A stretch of DNA of 63,278 nt, the filler included, from Choristocarpus tenellus KU-1152 (lineage: Eukaryota > Protista > Phaeophyceae), in NCBI GenBank assembly GCA_964200185.2. It is 6 parts of 6 records of this genome, joined end to end, with 100 filler letters (N's around TTAATTAATTAA, not from the genome) between each part and the next. Parts side by side here need not be neighbours in the genome. Positions count along the whole stretch, not along the records: positions 27,334 to 40,268 come from CAXNAD020001649.1; positions 40,369 to 42,899 come from CAXNAD020027013.1; positions 43,000 to 48,840 come from CAXNAD020009626.1; positions 48,941 to 63,278 come from CAXNAD020001222.1; 2 more parts are not named here. The stretch is one strand, 5' to 3'. A program made the translations under genes and the position numbers. The notes beneath the pieces were generated by a model that did no database searches, had not been told where the DNA came from, and saw only the letters and a list, made by a program, of their open reading frames with translations. Shown here piece by piece: positions 38,621-52,500 of the stretch (the first letter of the stretch is position 1; the number at the start of each line of letters is the position of its first letter).

Positions 38621-41600
38621 CAAAAGAATGTATCCTATATAAAAACGTTTACTACAAGTGATCGTCACTGGTGAAGACAATAGAAATCATCAATCGCCTC
38701 TGATCATCCCGTAGCAGGGAGAAGGAAGAGAAAAATTATGCCCAACTCCTGCTAGTGGGCCTAAACATGTATCCCTATCTTACTTGGGGAAATCTGTCTG
38801 CGTCTAGCCTAATCTGAGTATACATTTACTCTTTCTAAAGTGCAGCTTCCTTAAGGTGCTCAGTATCCTCTGATTATTGCCTGCCTCATGCCCCCCAGCA
38901 CGAAGCATACTGACGGCTGCTAGTGCGTAAAACAGGCAATAACATCAACATCAGTGCCAATAAATAAATATAGAGGAGACAAGGGATAGAAAAGAAAGAA
39001 TTGAAGGTAGGGCAAGGTAAGGACCTAAGGGGATATCTTGTCTGACAGGGAGAAATAAAAATGACAAGAAAAAATGAAATAAAAAATAAATAAGATGAGA
39101 AAAAATAATAGCATCCTATGACAATTACTGTCTGGTTTGATATGGGTTACTTCATATTTCTGACTTCTGCTGTCCTATATTCTCTTCGAGAACTAAGACT
39201 TTCAAGCACAAAGCACCCCCAAGCACAAAGCATACTCAAGGCTGCTAGAGTGCAAGACAGGCAATGACAAAATATTTGTAATACTCCAACGACCGTACCC
39301 TCAGATGTTCCTTAGTTACTAGTGGATTCCTCCATCCCGATGAGAGAGCGTGTGTAAGAAACGTTTTGCGCCACTTCCTCCACGTCCCTGGTTCCCCCTT
39401 AAACGCAGGTTGTTTTGAGGTATATTACTTCAGTTTCGGGGCAAATCCGGGTCTAGCCCCCACGGCCACCGTATCTCTAGCCCCAGCCCTAACCTCGCTC
39501 TCTTGCGAAGATGATATCCCATCATAATTCTCACCCTCCCCTCAGGTCATTGTCAGTTCTTCCATTCCGTCATCAATGGAGTTTAGACTTGAATCGAATC
39601 TTGATCTGGGCATCATAGTTCATCTTGATTCCTTCTCAGTGATAGCTAAAATCCAAGTATAATAACTACGCAAGCACGATTATAGAAATGTTATAGCATG
39701 TTAAGCTGTCCTTAACGATCTGTTGTCCCACACAACCCGTTATATTATTGTTTATTAGATCTTGTATCACAGTTGAGAAGAGAGTGAGATACCTTCACTA
39801 GGCGGGGAGTGGTACATGGAGTCGGAGTGGTACACCCATTGATCAGCCAAATCTTCCACCTGGCACAATGGGTACATATTACTACCTTTGGATCCACACT
39901 CCATAATCATCATGAATATCATCGTTGACTTGTCTTACAAAACATCAAAGGGTGCACACACAAGCACCTCCAACAATTGTCATTGTTATATACATGATAC
40001 GTCGCCGCAAATTGTGTAATTCATTGTGTTGTTACTCATGTATTGTGGTCACTGTTTCATGGGCAGGTGACACGATCTATCAAAAGTATCTAAAACAGCT
40101 ATGACCGATTGAGGCATGGCTAGTTATATCCTTACAAATTGAATGTTAGGTATATCCTCGGATCAACTCATCAAGCTAAATACTGCTCTCCCAACAACTA
40201 GATTAAACAGCCGATTTCAAAAATTGAGGATGGAGTTTTTCATTTAGGATGGGCTTGACCCAAAATTGNNNNNNNNNNNNNNNNNNNNNNNNNNNNNNNN
40301 NNNNNNNNNNNNTTAATTAATTAANNNNNNNNNNNNNNNNNNNNNNNNNNNNNNNNNNNNNNNNNNNNGTGTGTGTTTCTCTGTGTGTGTTTCTCTGTGT
40401 GTGTTTCTCTGTGTGTGTTTCTGTGTTTGTATATGGAATATTGGTGATGGAGGGGAGGGTAAAGGGGGGGCAAAGGTGGTCATGTTTTTTTGTTGGTGAG
40501 TGAATGTATTGAAGGTAGTGTGTGATGTAATGACAAGAGAGGAACATATTCTAGTTGAAATTGAAGTTGAAGTTCAGTAAGTGCTGCATGAGAGAAAAAC
40601 TGTTTTTTTCTGTTTTGTTGAGAAAGGTGATTTGGTGATGATTTGGTGGTGATTTCGAGTCAGCGTGATTCCAGATAGTATGTGTGTGTAGCTACTGTTA
40701 AAAATAATAATATTGATACTCTTCATTCTGTTAATTCTACTACTATTGTTACTGTCGCTATTTTTAGTGTTTGCAGTGTAAGGTTAGGGATAGAGGACAA
40801 GTTCTTTTAGTACTGTTACTGTCGTATTATCAAAGGGTTAGGGTTGGAGGGCAATAGTATTTTGGCAGAGGGCGATATGTTCTGCTCTTAATTTTTTAAA
40901 AATCTCTGTTACTTGTGAGATTATAATTTTTCTACACAGTTTCCCCCACACCTCATATTTAATTGTAATATATTGCTCCATTGCTCTGGAGTGCTCTGTA
41001 ATTTTACACAATATTGGATTATGGGTCTTTTCGAAGCACCAATCAAAATACTGGTAATCTCTGCCGATCTAACACTTTGTAGGGTTAGGGTTAGTATCCA
41101 ACTACAACAGTCGAAAACCAAGTGATTTAAAATCCATTCTAGCTGTCTCAAGTTACCCAAGTAACTCATGAAGTACCATATGGGAGGAACAGATTAACAG
41201 GGATGCATTTCCCGGAACAGGCTTTGATACCTGTGAAGCTGAGACACAAAAAGGTATACGTCTAACCTGCTCTCTGTGTGTTGGCGCCAACCTCCTATCC
41301 TTCATTGAAGTTTTTATTAGTTAGTCTGTTAGTGTATCGAGAGCAATAGTTGGGGTTAGGGTTGGGGTTTATAGCGATTGAACAAACATCTCACAGGCTG
41401 CTGAGCATCCTGGTCGTTGTGTAGTTACGAGGTATTATTTCTTTTATTATTATTATTATTGTTATTATATTATTATTATTATTATTATTATTGTTGTTGT
41501 TTCGAAACCTCCAGGAAGGGATGATGACCGCCCCTCCAAAAAGACTAGACTATTAGAGTTTTTTTTAGTACTTCGAATGGTATTTATAGGTTGAAAATGA

Positions 41601-41744
41601 AATATTCTTTAGAATGTAGTAGGAAGATAAATATCCTTTGAAATGTAGTAGTGAAAAAATATCTCTATATATTCCTGTGCACAGTCATGACCGCTTTATT
41701 TGTATTGAAAATAATAAAAATAAGATACGAATAGTGAATATGGA

Positions 41745-41950
41745 TCTTTCAAAGGTCTATCTTTCTTTCAAAGGTCTATCTTTCTTTCAAAGGTCTATCT
41801 TTCTTTCAAAGGTCTATCTTTCTTTCAAAGGTCTTATCTTTCTTTCAAAGGTCTATCTTTCTTTCAAACGTCTTATCTTTCTTTCAAAGGTCTATCTTTC
41901 TTTCAAAGGTCTATCTTTCTTTCAAAAGTCTTATCTTTCTTTAAAAGGTC
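41745..41950. repeat. Minisatellite, 19/20-bp unit AAAGGTCTATCTTTCTTTC, about 10 copies
   Basis: Direct inspection. Confidence 0.95.
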
Positions 41951-42463
41951 CTTCCTGCCCTGGTTCCATGGGGAATTGGATAGATGATATCCATCTTGGA
42001 CATATATTGGTGTTTTGAAGAAAGAGTTCTTCATGGTGAGTTGAGTACCTGAAATATGTCACTCTGTTGGTGTTTTTTTTATTAAGCAAGTCATGGTATA
42101 TTTTGGGAGTTGTCCTGACTGATGATTTGATATTTATATAAAGCTCCGGAGTGCTCTGGAGCAATGCATTTATATGTGCATAGCTTTGGGTAAGGATTGG
42201 GGGTTAGTTGGGGTTGGAGGTGTTTGTGATACTCTTTTCTATTGGTGGAGATTGATAAGAGATTGACGTAAGACTGATAAAATATTGCAGATATTGATTT
42301 TTCTTTTATTTTTGTATTGATCCACTAGCACCACTACTAGCACAGTCCTTTTTGTACCATGACCTCATCTTGACACATCTTGACACAACTTAGAAACCCT
42401 TTCAATGTTATCCCTGTTTTCAATAATGATAACAATTACTTGAAAAAAAAAAATGAATACCAG

Positions 42464-42760
42464 CGAGGCAGAGGCCACAATGACAGACGAGGGGTCAGAT
42501 GGTGGTGGTGGTGGTGGTCAAGTAAAGATTCGATGCTCACTTGACCTGGCTGATGAGTTCAGTTGTGCTTGGCCTGCGATCCTGCTTCGCCACCGCGATG
42601 GCCACAGCAGCTCTAGAGCCAATGAAGGCAGAAAGGAAACACCTGCTGTGGGGGAGGGGGTGGCAGAGCGGTGGCATGTGGCTGCTGGATTTGGGGGTCT
42701 GGTGTTGACTCCGGTGGCCAGTGGTGAGGGTGCTGTGGCAGACTCCACCCCTTTTGTTCG
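42464..42760 (+). CDS. Orphan internal exon of an unidentified gene
   Basis: GC-richer open frame of 297 nt bounded by CCAG| and |GTGAGG, same phase at both ends. No recognisable motif; the contig ends shortly after. Confidence 0.45.
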
Positions 42761-42788
42761 GTGAGGGAGCGTGGGTTGGTTAGTCCCT

Positions 42789-42841
<53 letters not shown>

Positions 42842-43090
42842 TGGGGTGGGGGGGGGGGGTTTGTTAGGGGGGGGGGTTTTTTTTTTTTTTTTTTTTTTTN
42901 NNNNNNNNNNNNNNNNNNNNNNNNNNNNNNNNNNNNNNNNNNNTTAATTAATTAANNNNNNNNNNNNNNNNNNNNNNNNNNNNNNNNNNNNNNNNNNNNA
43001 ACCAAGCCACCCAAAATTTGTGACATGAAAAAATGAGCCCAAAACGGACAGTTGCCCCCCCCCCCCCAGACACTTCGAGCCTTTACCCAC

Positions 43091-44963
43091 CTGACAGTTG
43101 ATCAGTGAGGGTACCCTGTGGTCGCCAGGTAGTGCAATCAAGCTGATAACTCCCAGGTGAGGGAGGTACAAAGCAAGTGCCATACCCAACTGGACATATT
43201 TCCCACCAGAATGTGGAAATAGATTGGGAAACAAGTTGATTGAGGGCAAGATATTTAAGGTGGGTATTATAAAAAAAATCCAGGCATAGCAGTGAATGCG
43301 CTCATGTGTGCATGCTTGTGTAGCATTTTCATCAGGCTAATATGAGTCTCAGTGAAACAGGAAAGTCATGTTTACTGGTACATGAAAATCCATAAATATG
43401 AGGGAATGGCAAGATCTGCTTTGATTTTGATGAAGGATTGTCGCCATCTCAAAACCGGGTGTTGTCACATCACCTCATATCAATGCCATCATATTTGTTC
43501 AATGACAAAACTCACAACTATTCTAAGCACTTGCTGCTGACAGATTTAGACTTGCCATAGACTCACCTAGCTCACTTCTGTCAAATCCATCGAGGCACCA
43601 TACCTTGACTCTTGAAAGCATAGTGGGCGACCAGGCATGACGAACAAGCGATGGGGTAGACAAGATCCGAATCCCCAGATAAACAGATAGGGTACAATTG
43701 TGTGCACGTCGTTGACAATTCAAGTCAAATGCAGTCCACACTTGGAGTCAAACCAACTGAGAGGTAGGCAGGATTACACTATAAAGGTCCCAAGAAAGGG
43801 CAAAAAAATGCAATTTTGTACAATAGGACAAAGAGTCGTGCTGAATTGGGGAGTCACTTTATTTGTTGAGAGGGGAACATCAATCTTGTGTACACATTTG
43901 TACACACAAGGCAATGAATTAGAGTGCATTGCAGAAAGATGGATTAAAATAGAAAAAGGGTCCAAACCTGCCTATCTCTCAATTTGGCTTGGCTCATTGA
44001 TGATAATTTTCTAACCTTACTGTGGGATCAATGGATTCGATCACCATCGCAAACGAAGAGCGACACTATTGTACTTCTGGTGTTTAACCAAAAGGAATAA
44101 TGTAGTCGTTTGATCTCTCGCCCTCTTGACGACTTTGTATTTCCCGTCAAATCCTTAGCAATTGCCTATCTAGTGCAGATTTATCTGCTTCAAGTCAGCT
44201 CAACTGGTTGAAAAACCCTATGGTAACTACTCGCTTGTGAACAACACTCGCTTTTTCCCTGTGTAGACATACCTCAATCAGCAATCTTGGCCAGCCTTGA
44301 AAGGAATCTGTCCCGTAATGCACATCCAGGGGGTGATTCCAAACAGCGTTTCCTGCACCCTTAGATAGATGGGCAGAAAATATGAGGATATGTGCGCGCT
44401 CGTAGTGCGACGAAGACGTTTTGGCATTCCCTATCCCAGCAGGCGATCGCTTGTTGTAGGAAGCATCAAAGGCCGTGTTTGTTCCAACTTGGTCTGCAGG
44501 ATAACTTCAATCCAAACGAAAACAATACTATACCTCTAGCTGTAAAGAGAACGTGGTTTCATCTCCTCAGTAGAACGAATATAAAGTCACCCAAGGAAGA
44601 ATGGTCCATTTGTGTTGATCAATGGGTCTAATGTTTCAATGGCGACAAGCTCTCTCGTGAGTAATCAGGATAAGCAGCTCAAAACTCACTGAGGTTTCAT
44701 CGATTTGTGTCCATCCCTCTTCATGACCACGAAGGACGTGCCAGTGGTCCTTGTCCGAAACAAGCCTGAAGTGGGCGTAAAGGTTTGGGCTGGGGAAGCC
44801 CATGCCACCAGAGATCTCCCCGATCACATGTACTAGAGAGATGAAGGAGAGGTTTGTGTAAAAGGGTGAGCTCATAGGAAGTAATTGCCAGAATTATCTC
44901 CAATACAACTTAGCAACAGGGAGCGCTGTCAGATGCAAAGTTATATGCCTCACCCTCAGGCAT
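43091..44963 (-). CDS. B9D2: B9 domain-containing protein 2 (ciliary transition zone), 3' end lost at a contig join
   Basis: Exons 44963-44954, 44832-44690, 44359-44273, 43603-43567 and 43189-43091 give MPEVHVIGEISGG..GWTQID..VWNHPLDVHYGTDSFQGWPRLLIEVWCLDGFDRSELVGYGTCFVPPSPGSYQLDCTTWRP. Confidence 0.92.
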
Positions 44964-46044
44964 CTTGTCTGCTTATCACGCAACGCTTGCTTGTTGAGGC
45001 ATGCAGCGCACACTCAGAAAACTCCGTTACAAAAAATAATATGGATCCGAGGATTTGACCATCAAATCTCTCTACTAAATAATAGTATTTCGAATTATAG
45101 TGTATGTGACAACGCAAGTAGCTCTATCTATACGTATCATGCGTTTTGAGCTAGAGGCACCAGGGAGATGGGCAAGGAGGGACTCGTTAGATTCGTGGGA
45201 TGCTTCCCTAGCTCCTCACTCTAGGGTGCAGGACTAAGCTAGGTTGGAGGCATAGCAGCGCAGTGGTGTATGTAGCATAATAACTGGTAGTAAAATAGTA
45301 AATAGATGAAGGAATAAAAAAGGCTTTCACATTTTCCACAACTTTTACTTTTTCAGGGGTTGTTTGACATTTGAATGGCATTTCATTGACTTTTCCCCTA
45401 ATAATACGTCTGGAAAATATCCAAGGGCATCATAATAAAAATATTGTTGTAGGTTATAAGAGTGGATGTATATATCAATGTAAGATATATTCCGTCATAT
45501 ACCATCAAAGTACTTTGAAGTAGAAGTTATTATAGGGTATAACACTGATCACACACTTGTCCGAGGATGTCCATCCCATGTACTTGCGTACTTCATTTTT
45601 TTTTATCAGTTTGAAGTGGTATTGAGTGTATTTTATTTAACACGATTGTACTTCATAGTAGCAGTAACTGGCTGACCCTTATTATTCGATTTTTTCTTCT
45701 CTAACTAGTTTTTTTTTTATCTTTTCTTCTACAGTACAATTTGTACCCCTTAACCAGAGCGCATCATCAGTGTGTTTCTGCCTTTCGGACTCGGGTCTAC
45801 GATGTCTATATAATATCCAAATTATCGAAGTGTTTAGTTATAACAATTAGGTAACAAGACTGTTCTGTGCATTAATTAATGAGGTTGAAACCTCATCGAT
45901 GCTAGACCTTTTTTTGTGAAATACTGGTTTCGATTATTCAAAGTCCACATGGTAAGCACTACGGGTTGTACGTACACTTCTCCTGTGTGGCGCTATCCTA
46001 TCTGCCACTAAATGCCACAAGAATGCCAAACCAAGAACAAGGTG

Positions 46045-46301
46045 GAGTCAAAGTATCTTAGAGGGTAGAGCCGCGTTTATTTGGGGGTCAAAACCCAATG
46101 TGGTGATTTTGATGTAATTTTGACTATTGTGTTTGTTAGGAAGAGTCATTATCCTTGTTCCGAACGCACATTTTTAACGTACACATATTGCCTACTTCGA
46201 AACAATTCGGAGTAGGTAAAATGTCATAAAAAACAGGTAGGAAGCCAAGCCCAAAATGGACAAACAGGGCAAAATTCGTACCCTCTTGGATACTTTCACT
46301 C
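46045..46301 (+). mobile_element. MITE family A, TSD GGTG
   Basis: TIRs plus flanking GGTG on both sides. Confidence 0.9.
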
Positions 46302-46565
46302 GGTGGCGGGCTTCGTTGCTGAGCGACACTGGCCTGGATGGAACACAATATTTGATGACGGTAGACCGACAAGCAGTGGGATCGCTGAACCCAACACATG
46401 CGAGAAGCAAGGTTACAAACGGAGGCAAGTAAGTCCAATTAGTCATTGTGCAATATTTAGCTGAAGTAGTTAGTAGTATGAAGTGTAGCAGATTGTGTAT
46501 TGCCTCTGATCACATGTTCACCTGGTGTGTGAGCAGGGGAGGCCTCCATCTTTAGTTAAGTTGTT

Positions 46566-46756
46566 GACCCAAAGTATCTGGGTTGGGGCGGGGGGGAGGG
46601 GGGGGTCTACACCAGGTTGTCCATTTGGGCCATAACCAGGAAAAGTGTGTTTTACATTATCGATCCGATGTAAGCAACCAAATCACACAAGAATCGCGAC
46701 ATGAAAAAATTGACCCCAAATGGACAGCCGCCACCCTCCCCCAGATACTTCGAGCC
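46566..46756 (+). mobile_element. MITE family B (about 190 bp), termini related to family A; partial copies at 1-128, about 16255-16426, 43000-43081 and 48734-48840
   Basis: Ends AAAGTATCTGGG(G)n..GTCCATTTGGG and CCCAAATGGACAGCCGCC(C)nAGATACTTYGAGCC. Shares the AAGTATCT and GTCCATTTGGG motifs with family A. Confidence 0.75.
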
Positions 46757-49538
46757 ATTACTAAAGGAAAGGAGAGGATACAAGCGTGAATCCAGAACAC
46801 TCTTAATTGTAACCAGAAAATCACTATCAATGCCGAGGAACTATGGCTTAATCAGGGTCAGAAGAAATGATATTTCCTAAATAAAGGTGGATGCAACAGT
46901 GAATGAGCTCCTCCAGCTACATCCTAAATCCCCTCGCCTAGATCACTGAACCTCATGCGTTACACACAGGGTGGTGTTTAAGCGAGTCAAATAGTTGGAC
47001 GAACAAGTAGCTCCCTAGGAGTGAATATCAAAACGGGGCCCATCTACTGTTGTTGTGTTTTTCGTTTGTATTATTGCCTTACATGCATGTTTCTTCATGT
47101 TCCCTCCATGCGTAAACTTACGTTTTCACTTATTTACAACAACGATATATACTGGAGAAATAGTTTTATTTTTCTGTGTGCATGCATCTTTACACATATT
47201 GCGTAAGGCAGAGGCATTTTGCTCTATACTAGTGAGGCAGCACAAAATTTTAATCTCGATATTTTCTAAGAAGCAGTCTTATCTTAGCTGTGTGTTTACA
47301 TTCTCAGACCATGGCTCATCTATGATTTGGGGTAGTAGATTATGTGGCTTCAAATTGATAATTTGATGTAATGTTGGTTTTAGCTGTTATCTTTTATAAT
47401 TCAATAATATAGCATGGTGATGCATACATTCCCACTTCATTGCATATAAGTAACGCATGTATTTCGTCCTATTTTTTCAACACTAGAGATTGTTAAAATG
47501 TGACTGTTTCAGCTTCTTATTAATTGACATTGGGGCATATGCATTCAAGCCAGTGTGTCACAGATATTCAAAATGAAATACAAACTAAAAATGGTTGGCC
47601 AACATGAAAGTTGGTACGTCAACTCTAGAGATGTGAGAGAGAGACCCAGAAACGTTACACGCTCGATGGCATTGGTCGGCAACAATAATACTGGTACCAT
47701 GGGTGGCAGCACTGATGGAAGGAAAAGAAGAAATGGTAATGATGGTACTACACACTAAATTGTCGTCCTTGTTTCCACTCATAGAGTTTTTCCCTTGGTT
47801 TGAGCACTCTCGTCGTTGATTGCTCAATGGGTATAGCCGTAAAAATCAGTATCAGTGTAGTGGATTCGAACCCTTTAACGCCAATTTCTTCTCGTAGTCT
47901 TAGTGGTCCTATATTCCACCTATATCTTAGCAAGCAGAACGCATTTTACACCTGTACTACCCATATATAGCACGAAAACGCTATACATGTAAACTTCGGG
48001 GTGGGTTCAACAGAAAATTGGAGAGGACAGTGCAACAACTGGCGGGACTGCTGTGCTCAGGACGCGAGGAGCAAGGTCGGAACATAGGCAGTACATCTAG
48101 TTGCAGTGCGACAGTTGGTCCAAGTCAAGTAGTTTGTGTAGCATGAGAAGTAGTACAGTGTGCCTCTGACCACGAGTCAGTAGAACCCCATGACCATGTT
48201 GGCGAATGGTATCATTGATCTTCTATGTGGAATAAAATTGAAGTTCAGAATCATTGCACTAAAATGTACCCTTCTTCACAATGTGCAAGATCCCTGTTTT
48301 GATGAAATGCAGAGACTTCGTCAGATACTAAGGAAGAGTAACCTACACTATATGTACGTAGGTAGGAGGTACATTGTAGCACTTAATGTATGGCAGCGCG
48401 CTTATGCCTGTGTTCACTTCTCTCTCTCGGTTGATACCTCAGTCGACCAATTTGTAAGACAAGTGGTTAAGAAAATTGAAAAATGCTTTCAAAATAGGGG
48501 AGGGGGTCCCCGAGCGTGGTAAGCATTTCCCTTATGGACACCAAAATCAATCAATTGGTAGCCTAATATGTCACAAAAATCGATGGGAAAAATGGGAGGT
48601 GGCTCCCTTTAATATAGGGGTGACTCCTCCAATAGGGGGGCGGGTTCCCTCAGTGGGGGTGACTCCCAAGTGTGTGGATGATCTTGCGCCTGACAGGGTG
48701 AAACCTCCATCGCTCTTGTGAATACTGAAGTGAAGCTTCAAAGTATCTGGGGGGGGGGGTGGCGGCTGTCCATTTGGGTGAAAATCAGGAAAAGTGCACT
48801 TACAATATCCATCCGACGTATGCAACCAAATCATCAAAAANNNNNNNNNNNNNNNNNNNNNNNNNNNNNNNNNNNNNNNNNNNNTTAATTAATTAANNNN
48901 NNNNNNNNNNNNNNNNNNNNNNNNNNNNNNNNNNNNNNNNGGGGGGGCATGAAAGGAGAGAGGGCACAGCAGTCACCATTTCTGAAACACATGGTACTTC
49001 ACAGAAGAAAAAAGGTACATTGTACCTTTTAGATGGCACAAAAAATTGCAAGGCAACAAGATAAGTAATCCCAGGATATGAAGACACAATACTCGGCTGC
49101 AGCTGCAAGCTGTGCAATACTCACACATACACCAACACACCAACACACTACACACCAACACACTTCACAAAGAGATCAAGGCACCAAGATAACCACCCCC
49201 ACCACCCCTGCCGCCCCCACCACCATATCCTACCGAGACTAGTTTAGTTTGCGCCACCTCAGTCACACCCTCCACGGGCCAAAAAAACATTAGACCTCCT
49301 TTTCATGACAAAGTTAACCCTAACCCTACAGCGATACTGACACACTGCGTGCGGACGCAGGTATGCTGCACTGCAAACAAAAATGGAAATAAAATAAAAA
49401 GACTGAAGAGTGTGAACAAACAAGCATTTAATTAAACACCACACCTCATATCCTCAGTCTACTAGTCTATTCTCCACCGCCTGGTTCATGTGTTTTCAAA
49501 TGAAGAGCACATGGTTTACACCTTAACTATCAACACAC

Positions 49539-52500
49539 CTCAAGGAAGAGCTGTGCCTTGTACTGAAACAAGCCCTTAAGCTCCTCCCGAACCTCTATGG
49601 TGTGAGTCTTGCCCCTCCACTCTACTGGCATGTAGTGAGTGTGGGCCGCCACCTTGGAAAGCCGGAGGTAAACGTTAGAGACGATAAAGATTATCATGCC
49701 ACGGGACATGCCGCGGGACATGCCGCAGGACGAGAATGACCAGGTTAGTCGACTGGTGGCCAAAAGGGGGTATTCTTTTCGGAAGACTGGTTGCATGTAA
49801 TCCATAGGGCTGTACAAGGTTTCAAGGCATTGACCCTGTGGCACGACACTTGATGTGCTGTGAGCATGTGCTGCAAATATCAAGAGCAGGAACGTTAGCA
49901 AGCACTGCAATCATGTTACAGGATAAATACACCACACTTGTACTCAACACCAGTCCATTTCAAACGGATAGAGGGATAGAGGGAGGATTGGTCTGCCAGA
50001 CCCACCGACAAAGAGAAGGTTACAATCATCTACCACCAACAGTGACAGCAACATGGATACAACAAGAGTACAGTAACCTTCACCAACACCATCAACTGCT
50101 ACTCAACAGGTCCTTCTAAGTAACCAGAAAAAGGTATCAATTACCCTACCCCAGTCACCCCATCCAACTTAAAACCAAATTCGGCTCAAGATGCCTCCAT
50201 ATTCACAGCCATGATTCGATATACCTTGAGCATAATCTCCTCAATAGGTTCACCCACAGGTGTTGGCGTGTCAGACGCATGTGGTGCCACCACACCTCTT
50301 TACACAAGAGAGAGAGGCAGTTAGTTAGTCAGTTAGCTAGTCAGTCAATCATCAGCACACCACGTACCACAGCAAGAACATGTTCAGAAAAAAAAAATGC
50401 ATAAAAAAAAAAGAGTTGTGGAAGAGGGTAAAACAGGAGTAAACAGGAATTGGGGGGGGGGGGAGAATAGAGCAGACAAGACTACAAGATAAGGAAGTAG
50501 GTATGAATACTATGTATTTGTTCTAAAATTCAGAACTTTCCCGGAACGGAAAGACATGCAACAAGAGTCAAGCAAGCGCATTCTGAGACAGAAACCACCA
50601 CCAGTGTTGGACTAAAGATCAGGCTACAGAGTCCAAGCCACCAGAGGAATTGGGGAGAGTGGAAATACATTCGCTGACACAACATTGCAGATGAACTGTT
50701 TGTTGCCCAAGGCAGGGCAGGGGTGGATGGAGGCAAAGATCAACATTGTCTTGCACTCATCAGTCAGTTGTCTAAGTGCATATACATCCTTGTCCACACA
50801 GAAAGGGGTAAGTAATATTGCTGTGGTAATTCAGCATTCTAAGTACATCCAAGTACATTCAAATACAGTCAAGTACAGTCAAGTACAGTCAAGTACAGTT
50901 GAGTACAGCCAAGTACAGCCAAGTACAGTCAAGTACAGCCAAGGCGGAAAAGTATCCTTTCAGTACACAGACATCTCAGAACAACAAAAACAAACCAAAA
51001 CATAAACCAAAGCATATGAGAGAGAGTACCTGCTGAAGGCGTAGATGGCGCTGAATACTCCAATGTACCACAACAAATTACGATCAAGTAATTTCACATA
51101 GAGGAGGATAGAGTCCTGGGACAGAAGAGATGGAGTTCCAAGATGGAAAACACCATCAAACAATGCAGTAAAACAGGGCAGTGGGGGGGAGGGGCAGGGG
51201 GGGATATAGATAGTAAGAGCAGCATACAGCACGCAAGAAATAAGACATTTTTTTTACAATACTGCATTTTACTTGAGGATACGTATGATATTTCTTCTTC
51301 TTTGTTTAGCCAATCAACTTTCACCAAATGTCAAACCTGTCCTTGGCCATTCAACTTTCACCACAGCTAGCCTACAACTTGATGCCCCCATGAGGTTTCA
51401 TTTTGGCACAGGTCATTTTTGCTTATTACCCCTCTCTATAGTGCTTCTGAAGGCAGGCAGGGACTGCTATGGCATGTAGGCGTGTGTACGAATTCTTGTG
51501 GGAAAGAGATATACACCTGCAGATGAAGAAGTACTGGACCCCACCGATCACACCCAAGATCTCAGCAGGTGAATGACTCTATGCTGTCATCCATCTACCA
51601 TTTACATTTCTTTCATAGCCACCATTATTTTGATCAATACCATTATTACTAATCTTATTACAATTATATTTTTATTATGATTATGGTCATGATTACAATT
51701 TTATTGTCATATTGGATCCACCTAATACTCAATAAACAGAACGCTAACCACAAATTAAATGTAAAAACTACTACATTACACTATACTACAGAACGGTCCA
51801 CCTCACAAATAAATCGAAATCATCTCATTAATAAATTGAAATCAAGAACAGATTTTAAAAAAAGATTATTACATTTTTTGGAAAGGTAAACCTATGGTAT
51901 CACGAAAGGGCCCCAAAACCAATCTCTTCCTAGATTACTCAGTGTCGATGAATTGCTCATCACAAGAACCAAGGACTTAATACCACACTTATAGTGACCA
52001 AAACTGTGGTAAGGTGGTGTTAATAGTAGGTAATATTACTTTCCATCTTAAAACAACAGTTTCAGGGAGGGGGAGGGCAGCTTCCAATCACTGTTTCCTC
52101 TGCACCAACATCTGACATGTCAAAACTCAAAAGCAACAAGTAAAAACAATGTATGTAGTAGTACCGTAACAAGTACCGTGACAAGTACCATAACAAGTCC
52201 ATAACAAGTACAGTAACAAGTACAGTAACAAGTACAGTAACAAGTACCGTGACAGGTACCATAACAAGTCCATAACAAGTACCATAACAAGTACAGTGAC
52301 AAGTACCATGACAAGTACCATGACAAGTACCATGACAAGTATCGCGACAAGTATCATGACAAGTACCGTGACAAGTACCATAACAAGTCCATAACAAGTA
52401 CCGTGACAAGTACCGTAACAAGTACCATAACAAGTACCATAACAAGTACAGTGACAAGTACCATGACAAGTACCATGACAAGTATCGCGACAAGTACAGT

